Origin: Bacteroidales bacterium
GTDB taxonomy: Bacteria; Bacteroidota; Bacteroidia; Bacteroidales; VadinHA17
Reading direction: 5' to 3'
Length of the DNA stretch: 64,000 nucleotides
Assembly (NCBI GenBank): GCA_050013475.1
Contig: JBEKFE010000002.1
Coordinates: 221,910-285,909, forward strand
Made by a program: the position numbers and the translations under genes. Below are positions 1 to 9,382 of the stretch, in pieces (position 1 is the stretch's first letter; each line of letters begins with the position of its first letter). The notes beneath the pieces were generated by a model. It worked only from the letters and a program-made list of their open reading frames with translations, was not told the DNA's origin and ran no database searches.

Positions 1-710
1 CTTGATTCGGCATCATAAAGGATCGCTGGCTGCCCGAAGCTCGGCGCTTCTGATAATTTAACATTCCGCTGGATTATGGTTTTGAAAACCATCTGCTGGA
101 AATGCTTGTTGACCTCTTCAGCCACCTGATTCGATAACCTCAGCCGTGCATCGTACATTGTAAGTAGAAATCCTTCTATTTCGAGTAAGGGGTTCAGGTT
201 GGCCTGAATAATTTTTATTGTATTAAGCAGCTTGCCCAGACCTTCAAGAGCAAAATATTCACACTGTACCGGTATGATCACCGAGTCTGCAGCTGTAAGG
301 GCATTTACCGTCAGCAACCCCAGAGATGGCGAGCAGTCGATAAGTATGTAGTCATAATCATCTTTCAGTACTGTAATAACTTTTTTAAGCACTTTTTCCC
401 TCTCAGGCATATCGAGCATCTCGATCTCAGCGCCTACCAGGTCGATGTTGGATGGCAGTATCATCAATGTTTCAACTCCGCATTTCATGAGAGCTTCCCT
501 GGGATCCTTTCCTTCGATCAGACAATCATATACCGTAGAACTGATCTGACGGTTGTCAATGCCTATACCGGAAGTTGAATTTGCCTGCGGATCTGCATCA
601 ACGATCAAAACCCTCTTTTCAAGAGCTGCAAGGCTTGCTGCCAGGTTTATCGCAGTCGTTGTCTTCCCTACCCCACCTTTCTGATTCGCAATTGCTATTA
701 TTCTGCCCAT
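1..710 (-). CDS. parA: ParA/Soj-family chromosome/plasmid partitioning ATPase (3' end cut by window edge)
   Basis: Hand translation of the reverse strand from ATG at 710-708 gives [57 protein letters not shown]... This carries the deviant Walker A KGGVGKT. It is absent from the ORF track because the ORF runs off the left edge. Confidence 0.9.
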   Translation of the reverse strand, partial: MGRIIAIANQKGGVGKTTTAINLAASLAALEKRVLIVDADPQANSTSGIGIDNRQISSTVYDCLIEGKDPREALMKCGVETLMILPSNIDLVGAEIEMLDMPEREKVLKKVITVLKDDYDYILIDCSPSLGLLTVNALTAADSVIIPVQCEYFALEGLGKLLNTIKIIQANLNPLLEIEGFLLTMYDARLRLSNQVAEEVNKHFQQMVFKTIIQRNVKLSEAPSFGQPAILYDAES

Positions 711-942
711 TCGGTTAATTTGATTTCCTGTTAGTAATTTCGAGCTTCAAATTTACTATTTATGCGCCTTTACTCCGGGGAGCCAGGAATGTAATTGTAA
801 ACATTTTTTTTGCGGTTTTCAACACTTTATTAACACCATCGGGAGCGAGTGAAGAACAGATATTCCTTCTCACTTTCTCTTGTTTTTTTTAATTTACATG
901 ATAAATTTCCATCTTTGTCAGGGTGAAATTAAATTTATCCAG

Positions 943-1896
943 ATGTACAACACTCCCAGCAGTCCCGAATGGTATGTGATCGTAAACCCGAATGCCGGAA
1001 GCAGAAAAGGCCAGAAGGACTGGAAAAGGATCTCCGAACTTTTCCGCAGAGAAGAGATCCCAATCGAAACAGCTTTTACAGAGAGAAAATGTCATGCAAT
1101 TGAACTTACCAGGAAGGCCATAGGTGAAGGATTCAGGAAAATAATTGTCGTCGGGGGAGATGGGACGCTTAATGAAACTGTAAACGGTATCTTTACCCAG
1201 GATGATTGCGGAACCTCCGATATTACCCTGGGACTTATCCCGGTCGGGACCGGAAATGACTGGGGCAAAATGTTCGGCATTCCCCTTGTTTATGAAGGCG
1301 CCGTGAAAGTGATCAGGGAAGGAAAAACGCTGCTCCACGATGTGGGACTGATAACCTATCACATAGGAGATGAAATGAAAAAAAGATATTTCCTGAACAT
1401 TGCCGGACTGGGTTTTGAAGCTCTTGTAGTGAGGAAGACAAACATTCAGAAGGATAAGGGACGCAGCAACAGGGCAATATATTTTTACAATCTTCTTGCC
1501 AGCCTTGTATCGTACAGGAAGACTCCTGCACAGATAACAGTAGACGGGACAACAACCTCGGCAAAGGTTTTCTCCATCAATGTAGGAAACGGGAGATATT
1601 GCGGCGGTGGCATGAGACAGACACCGGAAGCTTTGCCTGATGACGGATTGCTTGATGTCACGGTTATCCGCGAAATGGGAAGGCTTGAAATAATCCGCAA
1701 CCTTAAATTACTTTATGACGGAACGATCCTCAGTCATCCTAAAGTGGATGGCTACAGGACAAAAAAGATCAATATTTCAACTGAATCATTATTGTTTGCG
1801 GAAGCTGATGGCGAATTGCTGGGTCACACACCTGCCGAGTTCACGATCATACCAGCTTCACTCTATATAGTTTACGCGACAAGACTCATTCAGTGA
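943..1896 (+). CDS. Diacylglycerol-kinase-family lipid kinase (YegS/BmrU-like)
   Basis: ORF 880..1896 contains the GGDGTLNE and GTGNDW motifs of the DAGK catalytic domain. I moved the start to ATG 943 (MYNTPSSPEWYVIVNPNAG...), which is where family-like sequence begins. Confidence 0.8.
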   Translation: MYNTPSSPEWYVIVNPNAGSRKGQKDWKRISELFRREEIPIETAFTERKCHAIELTRKAIGEGFRKIIVVGGDGTLNETVNGIFTQDDCGTSDITLGLIPVGTGNDWGKMFGIPLVYEGAVKVIREGKTLLHDVGLITYHIGDEMKKRYFLNIAGLGFEALVVRKTNIQKDKGRSNRAIYFYNLLASLVSYRKTPAQITVDGTTTSAKVFSINVGNGRYCGGGMRQTPEALPDDGLLDVTVIREMGRLEIIRNLKLLYDGTILSHPKVDGYRTKKINISTESLLFAEADGELLGHTPAEFTIIPASLYIVYATRLIQ

Positions 1897-3010
1897 TTCT
1901 GATCTCGAAAAGAGAAGGCCAGTTTTTCCCCGTGACAAATATCCTTTTCCCCGACGGATCCCAGGCGATCCCGTTAAGCACATCTACCTTCGTGTCAGTA
2001 GAAGGATCATTAAGTATTCCTTTAAGGTCAATATAGGCTATCACTTTACCGCTTGACGGGTCTATCCTGGCAATCAGGTCAGTCTGCCAGATATTCGCCC
2101 ATATCTCGCCATTTATATATTCAAGCTCGTTCAACTCCGTCACTTTGGCGCTGTTATCATACACATCAAGGGTTGAAAGAGTTGTAAAAGACCCGGGATC
2201 CATGATATAGAGCATGTTCGTGCCATCACTCATAACCAGCCTGTCACCCATTGTAGTAAGCCCCCATCCTTCAGTCTGGTAATAAACCCTGTTGATCAGC
2301 TTGAAAGTTGATTTGTCATACACGAAACCAACCTTTGACTGCCATGTCAGCTGGTAGATCTTTTCACCATATATTGCAATGCCTTCTCCAAAAAACTGAG
2401 AACCCATATCAAGCTGGTTCAGGACCTGTCCCGTTTCAAGCTGAACTTTCCTCAGGCTCGATCTTGTCTCCTGCCCGGTCCCCTCGTAAAGGACTCCATT
2501 TTCATAGACAAGTCCCTGGGTAAACGCCTCCCTGTCGTGAGGATAAGTTTTAATTATTCTGTATCCATTCCTTTTGGGAGGAACGTCGGAATAGACTATC
2601 AGAAACCTGGTAATTGTCTGTAAGGCTTCTCCCGATCTGTAAGCGACCACCTTAAGCGGTTTTCTGCCCGTCATGGATAAAAATGATGACGGAATTGTGT
2701 ACTCGAGCGCTGCCTTTTTTATCGTACCCGCGTTTTTACCGTCAAAATATATTTTCACTGAATCAGGTGAAATGTCACTCTTTGTATTTGAAATACTTAT
2801 CCTGATCGTCCCGCCAAGCTTAAGTCCTTCGTTTTCCGAAGGGGAAACAAGATCTATCAGCCGCGACGACGGTTCTGCCTCTGCTACCTTTCCGGATCGG
2901 CCCGACACCGGGTTGTTGGAATTCCCGGGCTTTCCCGAACATGATATTATCCAGGCAAGAAGCATTGCTGCAGTAAAGAACGTAAAGTATTTCCGACAAT
3001 TAGTTTTCAT
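1886..3010 (-). CDS. Glutaminyl-peptide cyclotransferase (beta-propeller, plant/bacterial type) lipoprotein with N-terminal extra domain
   Basis: 374 aa with a signal peptide and lipobox (LLAWIISC). The C-terminal ~260 aa (YPHDREAFTQGLVYENGVLYEGTGQ...WANIWQTD...) are typical of glutamine cyclotransferases. Confidence 0.75.
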   Translation of the reverse strand: MKTNCRKYFTFFTAAMLLAWIISCSGKPGNSNNPVSGRSGKVAEAEPSSRLIDLVSPSENEGLKLGGTIRISISNTKSDISPDSVKIYFDGKNAGTIKKAALEYTIPSSFLSMTGRKPLKVVAYRSGEALQTITRFLIVYSDVPPKRNGYRIIKTYPHDREAFTQGLVYENGVLYEGTGQETRSSLRKVQLETGQVLNQLDMGSQFFGEGIAIYGEKIYQLTWQSKVGFVYDKSTFKLINRVYYQTEGWGLTTMGDRLVMSDGTNMLYIMDPGSFTTLSTLDVYDNSAKVTELNELEYINGEIWANIWQTDLIARIDPSSGKVIAYIDLKGILNDPSTDTKVDVLNGIAWDPSGKRIFVTGKNWPSLFEIRITE

Positions 3011-3452
3011 TATTTTTCCGTTTTAATCCAAAAATTCTGGAAAACAGGCCTCTGCCCGCTCTCAACACTCTTTTCTCCGCCATCTTTTCCTGCACCTCGT
3101 AGGGGAATATGATCTGCCACACTTCACTCCAACCTGGAAAACCGCCGAGATTTTTATCATCAATATAGATGTCCGCATCGATCTTTCTGCTGACTGTTTC
3201 ATCCACTACCTCTTCGGGGTAGTTTTTGTTTATGGCATAAAACTCCACACCGTTCCGACGGCAGTATTCAACTGCCTCTTCCAGCTCCTTCCCTGTACGG
3301 AATGTCCACAGGATAAGCCTTGCTCCCATCCTGTCAAGTTCCTTCAGAGTCCTGAATGCAAAAAGCTTCTCCCTGCCTATTGCAGGATAAGCATGCTCCA
3401 CTATAGTACCATCAAAATCAATTGCGATCTTGATGTTGATCAACTCATTCAT
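3000..3452 (-). CDS. Small HAD-like hydrolase-fold protein (BT0820-like), function unknown
   Basis: 150 aa with an N-terminal DFDGT motif (IAIDFDGTIVEH) and a late IYIDD motif. It overlaps the upstream gene's end by 11 nt. Confidence 0.55.
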   Translation of the reverse strand: MNELINIKIAIDFDGTIVEHAYPAIGREKLFAFRTLKELDRMGARLILWTFRTGKELEEAVEYCRRNGVEFYAINKNYPEEVVDETVSRKIDADIYIDDKNLGGFPGWSEVWQIIFPYEVQEKMAEKRVLRAGRGLFSRIFGLKRKNNEN

Positions 3453-3546
3453 CGCCCCTGTGATTCAGGAAGTAAATTTAACCAAATTGGGATTATAACT
3501 GAAATTTATCTTAATTTTGACCTCTTTCTAAAAGACTCGCAGGAGT

Positions 3547-4245
3547 ATGCGTCACATTCCTAATATAATTACCTCCCTTAACCTTGCTTCGGGATTTATA
3601 GCAGTTGTTTTTATAATGAATGGAGAACCGGTGACTGCTTCTTGGATCATACTGGCAGCAATGTTATTTGATTTTCTCGACGGTTTTGCATCAAGGCTGC
3701 TGCATGCATATTCCGACATGGGCAGGGAGCTGGACAGCCTAGCTGATGTTGTGAGTTTCGGCGTTGCGCCAGGTTTGATGATCTATTCTCTTCTTTCCGG
3801 AGAAATGGTCTCCTCATCTCTGTCCGGGAAAATACCTGCCATCGCTGCGGCTGCAATTTTTCCCGTTTGCGCGGGACTGAGACTTGCAAAATTCAATACC
3901 GACACCACACAGACCGTATCATTCAAAGGCCTGCCAACCCCGGCAGCTGCACTTGCAGTTGTCACAGTCATTCTTTCGTCGGCATATTCAGATTCTGCAC
4001 TAATCAGATCTTTCACCGCGTCGCCGGTTTCAGTAATTATTTTCTCAGTTGTATTGTCTCTGCTTATGGTTTCCAGGATACCACTTCTTTCACTTAAATT
4101 CCATGATCTTAAAATCAGGGGAAATGAAGGCAGATATCTCCTTGTACTTTTAACTGTAGCGATTGCCGGTATCTTCCGTTTCGACGGGATCCCCTGGATA
4201 ATACCGGTATATGTGGCGGTCTCGCTTCTCTCCCTCTTGTTCTGA
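3547..4245 (+). CDS. pssA: CDP-diacylglycerol--serine O-phosphatidyltransferase
   Basis: 232-aa polytopic protein. It has the CDP-alcohol phosphatidyltransferase motif DFLDGFASRL...GRELDSLADVVSFG. Confidence 0.85.
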   Translation: MRHIPNIITSLNLASGFIAVVFIMNGEPVTASWIILAAMLFDFLDGFASRLLHAYSDMGRELDSLADVVSFGVAPGLMIYSLLSGEMVSSSLSGKIPAIAAAAIFPVCAGLRLAKFNTDTTQTVSFKGLPTPAAALAVVTVILSSAYSDSALIRSFTASPVSVIIFSVVLSLLMVSRIPLLSLKFHDLKIRGNEGRYLLVLLTVAIAGIFRFDGIPWIIPVYVAVSLLSLLF

Positions 4246-4251
4246 ATCCAT

Positions 4252-4383
4252 TCAGCCTTTGGCTTCAGGCTCCTTTGCAGCAAATTTCCTGTCATAAAGA
4301 ACCACCGCGGATTTTATTATTATCCACGAAACCAGTATGAAAACCGGCCATACGAGGTATGTAAGAATCTGATTGATGTACAT
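4252..4383 (-). CDS. Unannotated 43-aa single-TM small protein (candidate cytochrome bd accessory/CydX-like; speculative)
   Basis: Hand translation gives ATG(4383)...TGA(4252) = MYINQILTYLVWPVFILVSWIIIKSAVVLYDRKFAAKEPEAKG. This is one hydrophobic helix plus a charged tail. It is below the ORF-track length cut-off, on the same strand as cydAB and downstream of it. The ATG sits directly after a TGCAAGAC array. Confidence 0.35.
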   Translation of the reverse strand: MYINQILTYLVWPVFILVSWIIIKSAVVLYDRKFAAKEPEAKG

Positions 4384-4392
4384 GGTCTTTTA

Positions 4393-4420
4393 GTCTTGCA
4401 GTCTTGCAGTCTTGCAGTCT
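4393..4420 (-). repeat. Tandem octamer array (TGCAAGAC) x3.5 on the minus strand
   Basis: Plus strand reads gtcttgca gtcttgca gtcttgca gtct. On the minus strand the array is followed by TAAAAGACC and then the ATG of the 43-aa ORF. Confidence 0.95.
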
Positions 4421-4431
4421 AAGAACTAAAT

Positions 4432-4538
4432 CACGGAGTGACACTGTTTCTCAGCGTTCTCTGCGTAAAGGCTCTGCGTTCCCTGCGGTTACTTTTTTTC
4501 TTTAACTTTTATCTTGTGACTTTTATCTTTTGTCTTTA
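4432..4538 (-). repeat. Composite purine-rich (coding-strand) word-repeat spacer downstream of cydB
   Basis: Contains cacggagtgacactgtttctc (also at 12223-12239 and 12265-12285). It also has four C(T/C)C(T/A)GCG words at 4450, 4459, 4472 and 4481. Two acttttatctt(g/t)tg units follow, then the motif atcttttgtcttta (4525-4538), which includes the cydB stop codon. Confidence 0.9.
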
Positions 4539-5666
4539 GTAAGCATGATCTTCACTGTTCATCTCGTCCTCGGTTATTTTATTCATTGTTATTGCTCTCC
4601 AGGCGTACCAGATATAAGCCAGAACAAAGGGTATAAGGAATGAGACAAACATCATTGTTCTGAGAGTGAACATGCTTGATGAGGCATTTCTGATCGTCAG
4701 AGAGTTCTGAAGGCTTAGGGTTGAAGGGTAAAATGCGGTGTTTTTAAATCCTGCCAGCATGAACAATGCAAATACTGCTGCAACCGTACCGGCTCCGGAG
4801 TACCATATTCCCTTTGTGCTTCCTTTAAAAAGTGATATGAAAAGGCCCCAAAGCACTCCAACCACGCCGGCAAGGAATAATATCAGAACAAGCGGCATGC
4901 TGGTCAGGTTATGCAAATATTTGAATTTTTCCAAAGTTATACTTCCGGTGGAAGGATCAACAGCAAATCCTTTTGCAGCAAGTATTGACCCTACAAAATA
5001 AAGGAAGAAAACAAGGAAATATAATGAATTAATTATCAGCTTTCTGCGGGCCCTGCTTACAACCTCTTCATTATCGATAGTATTGATGAGATATAAAAGT
5101 CCGTTAAGCCTGACAAGGAACAGAACTGCAAATCCAAGAGCAAGATTCCTTATGTCCAGAACAGCTTCCAGCCCGTGCCATCCCGCTTCCCACTGAACCT
5201 GGTTCATTGAATTCAGTGTGAACCTGGCTCCGGTGAAAAATGTCGCAACTGCAGTTCCGATCAGCAATGGTCCCACTGAGCCGTTAATGATCAGGAACAT
5301 ATCGAATGTTTTCTGCCCGTAGACATTTGATGGCTTGGCCCTGTATTCATAGGCAATAGCCTGTAGAATGAAGCTGAAGAGAATTGCCATCCAAACCCAG
5401 TAAGCTCCTCCGAAGCTGGTCGAATAGAATAATGGAAATGAAGCAAAGAAAGCCCCGCCGAAGGTGACCAGGGTTGTGAAGGTGAATTCCCATTTCCTTC
5501 CAAGGGTGTTTACTATCATCTTCCTTTGGAGCTCATTTACGGGGATTGAATATATGAATGTCTGACCGCCCTGTACGAACATCAGGAAAACCAGTAAGCT
5601 TGCAAGAATTGAAACAATTATCCACCAGTAATTCTGCAGGAATATATGTGTTATCATGGTCGTCAT
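4536..5666 (-). CDS. cydB: Cytochrome bd ubiquinol/menaquinol oxidase subunit II
   Basis: 376-aa polytopic protein. Its start overlaps the cydA stop by 4 nt, the classic cydAB arrangement. Confidence 0.9.
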   Translation of the reverse strand: MTTMITHIFLQNYWWIIVSILASLLVFLMFVQGGQTFIYSIPVNELQRKMIVNTLGRKWEFTFTTLVTFGGAFFASFPLFYSTSFGGAYWVWMAILFSFILQAIAYEYRAKPSNVYGQKTFDMFLIINGSVGPLLIGTAVATFFTGARFTLNSMNQVQWEAGWHGLEAVLDIRNLALGFAVLFLVRLNGLLYLINTIDNEEVVSRARRKLIINSLYFLVFFLYFVGSILAAKGFAVDPSTGSITLEKFKYLHNLTSMPLVLILFLAGVVGVLWGLFISLFKGSTKGIWYSGAGTVAAVFALFMLAGFKNTAFYPSTLSLQNSLTIRNASSSMFTLRTMMFVSFLIPFVLAYIWYAWRAITMNKITEDEMNSEDHAY

Positions 5667-7234
5667 ATTTTCTCCTCCTGATGTTTTGGTCCATTTTTGA
5701 TCTGCCTGATCATTATTGATACTTCCGCAATCAGCAATCCTGTAAAGAGGAACGCAAAGAGCCAGAATGTCGTTTGAACAGCTCCGGTGGATAAATGCGA
5801 GACTGCAATATTAACCGGCATAAGATCCTGGATGATCCAGGGCTGCCTGCCCATCTCGGCAAGGATCCATCCAAGCTCGCTGGCCAGATAAGGCAGTGCA
5901 ATGGAAAATACCATGATCCGCAGGAACCATCTGTTTTTATCCAGCCTGTCGTTGAACAGTAAAATAACTGCAACCGCAAATATCAGTATAATGAGGAAGC
6001 CCAATATCACCATCATATGAAATGAGTAGAATGCACTATGTACTTCGGGAATGACCTGGTCGGGTGAAGTGATAAAGGCATACCCGAAATATCTGAAATA
6101 GTTATCCCTGAAATCCTTATCCGCAAATTTGCTGCGAAGCTCTGCAAGTTTCTGACCATCTTTTGCATCTTTTGCCTGCTTATAATCGAGCAGGGCCTGC
6201 CGGGCGATCTTTCCTCTCCCGATCTTTTCAGAAACGGACATTATTCCTCTTTCTTGATTACCGTTCACCTGATCGAACAATCCAGGCACATAGGCATCCT
6301 TGCTGCCTGAGGTCATTACTGAAAGGAGGTCGGGAATTTCAATTGAAACCAGGAACTCATTTGCATCTTTATTACCTATCTTCTCACCTGATCTCTTGAG
6401 AATCCCGAAAGCTGTCAGGGGAGCATTTGTCCTGCCTTTGTAAAGAGCTTCGAATGATGCAAATTTAACCGGCTGTACACTGGAGATTGTTCTGGCTGAT
6501 GAATCTCCCGTAAATGCCACCAGAAGGGAAGAAAGGAGTCCGAAGATACCGGCAACAAGCATACTTTTCTTTGCAAATGTTTCTTCCCGTTTTTTCAGCA
6601 GGAACCATGCGCTTATCCCTGCGACGAACATTGATGCAAGCACAAACCCGGATGAGATCGTATGCAGGAATTTATCCACTGCCACGGGATTAAAGAGCAC
6701 CGCCCAGAAGCTCTGCATCTCGTTCCGGACAGTCTCGGGATTGAAGATCATGCCTGTGGGGTTTTCCATCCATGAGTTGGCGACAAGTATCCACAATGCA
6801 GAAAGACTGGCACCTATTGCCACGAGCCAGGTGGATACAAGATGAAATTTCCTGCTGACCTTGTTCCAGCCAAAGAACATTACAGCGACAAAGGTCGATT
6901 CAAGAAAAAAAGCAAGGATCCCCTCAACTGCCAGTGGTGCTCCGAAAATATCACCGACAAACCAGGAGTAGCCCGACCAGTTTGTGCCGAATTCAAATTC
7001 AAGGATTATCCCGGTTGCAATACCTATTGCGAAGTTTATTCCGAAAAGTGTCATCCAGAATTTCGTAATCTTCTTCCACTCATCTCTGCCTGTTCTGACA
7101 TATATTGTCTCCATCATGGCAACAATAAATGATAGTCCCAGGGTTAGCGGAACAAATAACCAGTGGTAGATTGCAGTGAGGGCGAATTGTGCCCTCGACC
7201 AGTCAACGAGGCTCAGGTCAATATACTCGGTCAT
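5663..7234 (-). CDS. cydA: Cytochrome bd oxidase subunit I
   Basis: 523 aa with an N-terminal LSRAQFALTAIYHWLFVPLT-type motif, a Q-loop, and GRQPW (EMGRQPWIIQD). Confidence 0.95.
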   Translation of the reverse strand: MTEYIDLSLVDWSRAQFALTAIYHWLFVPLTLGLSFIVAMMETIYVRTGRDEWKKITKFWMTLFGINFAIGIATGIILEFEFGTNWSGYSWFVGDIFGAPLAVEGILAFFLESTFVAVMFFGWNKVSRKFHLVSTWLVAIGASLSALWILVANSWMENPTGMIFNPETVRNEMQSFWAVLFNPVAVDKFLHTISSGFVLASMFVAGISAWFLLKKREETFAKKSMLVAGIFGLLSSLLVAFTGDSSARTISSVQPVKFASFEALYKGRTNAPLTAFGILKRSGEKIGNKDANEFLVSIEIPDLLSVMTSGSKDAYVPGLFDQVNGNQERGIMSVSEKIGRGKIARQALLDYKQAKDAKDGQKLAELRSKFADKDFRDNYFRYFGYAFITSPDQVIPEVHSAFYSFHMMVILGFLIILIFAVAVILLFNDRLDKNRWFLRIMVFSIALPYLASELGWILAEMGRQPWIIQDLMPVNIAVSHLSTGAVQTTFWLFAFLFTGLLIAEVSIMIRQIKNGPKHQEEKI

Positions 7235-7464
7235 TAGTTATTTATATTTAATATTTGATTTCTCACGAAAGTGCTGCGTTCAGAGTCGCTTCTGAACCCA
7301 GTTTTCAGAAGATCGGGAAAGAAAAACAATTTAAGGACAATAAAGATTATGAAGAGTTTTATCAGAATTATGATCCAGATCCTTTTTCCCAGGGCCGACA
7401 TACTGCTGAAACCGTCATAATAGAACAGGAACAGGTTTCGGAATGCTGAACTGACTTTATGCAT
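7234..7464 (-). CDS. DUF4492-like small membrane protein preceding cydA
   Basis: 76 aa. The IWIIILIKLFIIFIVLKLFFFP helix is typical of the small ORF that precedes cydAB in Bacteroidota. It overlaps the cydA start by 1 nt. Confidence 0.7.
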   Translation of the reverse strand: MHKVSSAFRNLFLFYYDGFSSMSALGKRIWIIILIKLFIIFIVLKLFFFPDLLKTGFRSDSERSTFVRNQILNINN

Positions 7465-7474
7465 TTTTCGACAT

Positions 7475-8650
7475 TCAGTTTTCTTTATCCCTCTCCTCAG
7501 CCCTGTTATTCTCCGATATCTGCAGATCAGTTTTTGCCACCTCCGATTCGAGACTGGAAGTGAGCTTCCTGACAGCCTTGAAATTATTGAAGAATTCCCT
7601 TGCCAGGACGCGGAGAACCGTATATGCGGGAATCCCGAGTATCATACCCGGTACCCCGGCTGCAAATCCTGCTGCAAGAACAACAATGAATATCTCCAGG
7701 GGGTGTGCTTTAACGCTACTTGAAAAAATGATGGGCTGGAATACCACATTATCTATCAGGTGAACTATGGCTTCGACAACGAACATGTAAAAAACAAGCG
7801 GTATTACCACCGTATTGAAATCCTGGTTAATATGAGATGCCACACCCATTATTATAGCTATGAATAATCCAAGCCATGGCCCCACATATGGGATAACATT
7901 GATGATACCCAGGATCAGTCCCATTACAAGAGCCTGCTGCAGTTCAATTCCAACAATTGTCATACCTATCGTGACAAGGATCATAATGCAGGTACTCTGT
8001 ATCACTATACCAATGAAATACCTTGTAAGAAGTCTTTTGATCGAATAAAGAGCCCTTGTGACATTAGTTACATATTTGTCTGGTACCCAGATCAGTATCG
8101 ACTCAAAAAAGAGCTGCTGATCCTTAAGGAAAAAGAATGTTATAAATGAAATGGAGAAAACAGCAATTAATAAGTTACCGAGTATTCCTGCCACTGATCC
8201 GATAAAGTTCTGGATGACGTTTATATTAAGCACACCTGCCACCTTGGCTATAATATATGCGCGGATGGAACCCTCCTGAGTAAAATCCTTGTTGAGCGCT
8301 TTTATTATACTCTCAAGTTTTTTTACCGGGACCTCTATGAACTGAACCAGCTTACTGCTGTCAATGGATGAAAGCTGGTCGATCTGGCCTGCAACGAGAG
8401 GTACGAATATATAAAAGAACATTACTATCAGACCCCATATAATCAGCAGCGTAATTAGAGCGCTGAGTGAACGTGGAAAATGCCATTTCCAGATCCTGAT
8501 GCGACATAAGAGGTCAACCAGTGGTCTGCCCATTATCGACAGCACACCCGATACAAGAATATAGGCAACTATCTCACGAAAGAACCAAATAGCTGACAGG
8601 AGCAGAATAATTCCGGCAAGGATAAGAACGTTCCTTATTACTGAATTCAT
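7475..8650 (-). CDS. AI-2E (PerM/YhhT) family transporter
   Basis: Polytopic ORF 7475..8725. The likely start is ATG 8650 (MNSVIRNVLILAGIILL...). The architecture and length fit the AI-2E family. Confidence 0.75.
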   Translation of the reverse strand: MNSVIRNVLILAGIILLLSAIWFFREIVAYILVSGVLSIMGRPLVDLLCRIRIWKWHFPRSLSALITLLIIWGLIVMFFYIFVPLVAGQIDQLSSIDSSKLVQFIEVPVKKLESIIKALNKDFTQEGSIRAYIIAKVAGVLNINVIQNFIGSVAGILGNLLIAVFSISFITFFFLKDQQLFFESILIWVPDKYVTNVTRALYSIKRLLTRYFIGIVIQSTCIMILVTIGMTIVGIELQQALVMGLILGIINVIPYVGPWLGLFIAIIMGVASHINQDFNTVVIPLVFYMFVVEAIVHLIDNVVFQPIIFSSSVKAHPLEIFIVVLAAGFAAGVPGMILGIPAYTVLRVLAREFFNNFKAVRKLTSSLESEVAKTDLQISENNRAEERDKEN

Positions 8651-8895
8651 CCTTTGGTTGGTTTGGTTATGCAAACCTAACTTAATTTTCTGAAAACTCA
8701 TAAAATCCATGAAGCCCGTTATCAAAAGCTGACTTGATTAAACTGTCAGGAAAAAATCAACCATACTGCCATATTGACATGTATAATTGGTTGCCCTGTG
8801 TCATTTTGGCATTATTTCTTCTCTGGAACGGAAATTGAAAATAGCAGGGTAGAAATTATAAATAATGTTTAACTAAAAAATAGGAGGACAAAGCC

Positions 8896-9321
8896 ATGTT
8901 ACCAATGATTACAAGAAGAAGCTACAAACCATTTTTATGGTCAGGTTTGTTTGATGACGATTTCTTCCCGGTTGTTCCCGGCAGAAGCACCTCAATGCCT
9001 GCTGTTAACATTAAGGAAGATGAAAAGAGATTCACCCTCGACCTGGCAGTTCCGGGAATCGATAAGAAAGATCTGAAAATTGAGATCAACGAGGATGTAA
9101 TTACAGTCTCTTCTGAACACAGTGAAGATAAGAGTGAAAGCCAAGATGATTTCAAGAGAAGGGAGTTCAGCTACTCAAGTTTCTGCAGGAGCTTTTACCT
9201 TCCTGAGAATGTGAACAAGGATAAGATCGAAGCCAATTACAAAGATGGAATTCTTACAGTTGTGCTTCCAAAGGATGAAGAGGAGAAGGCAAAACTCTCC
9301 AGAGAGGTAAAAATTTCATAA
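8896..9321 (+). CDS. Hsp20/alpha-crystallin small heat-shock protein
   Basis: 141 aa with alpha-crystallin domain motifs (PAVNIKEDEKRFTLDLAVPG..., ANYKDGILTVVLPK). A strong AGGAGGA sits 7 nt upstream of the ATG. Confidence 0.9.
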   Translation: MLPMITRRSYKPFLWSGLFDDDFFPVVPGRSTSMPAVNIKEDEKRFTLDLAVPGIDKKDLKIEINEDVITVSSEHSEDKSESQDDFKRREFSYSSFCRSFYLPENVNKDKIEANYKDGILTVVLPKDEEEKAKLSREVKIS

Positions 9322-9351
9322 TTGAGCCTGTATTGGCTTACAAAAAAAGCC

Positions 9352-9380
9352 GGGCGTAGTTTGTAACTACGCCCTTTTTA
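9352..9380. terminator. Bidirectional rho-independent terminator between hsp20 and the flavodiiron gene
   Basis: gggcgtagtt-tgt-aactacgccc forms a 10-bp stem with a 3-nt loop. It is flanked by an A-run (9342-9348) and a T-run (9375-9379). Confidence 0.85.
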
Positions 9381-9382
9381 TT

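Noticed and set aside
8774-8787. TTGACA and TATAAT hexamers upstream of hsp20
   Set aside because: They are separated by only 2 nt rather than about 17. Bacteroidota primary promoters use TTTG / TAnnTTTG instead, so this is not a functional sigma-70-type promoter.
8806-8821. TGGCATTATTTCTTCT upstream of hsp20 as a third sigma-54 promoter
   Set aside because: The -24 half (TGGCAT) is identical to the other two elements, but the invariant -12 GC is missing (CTTC). I mention it only as context for the lon finding.
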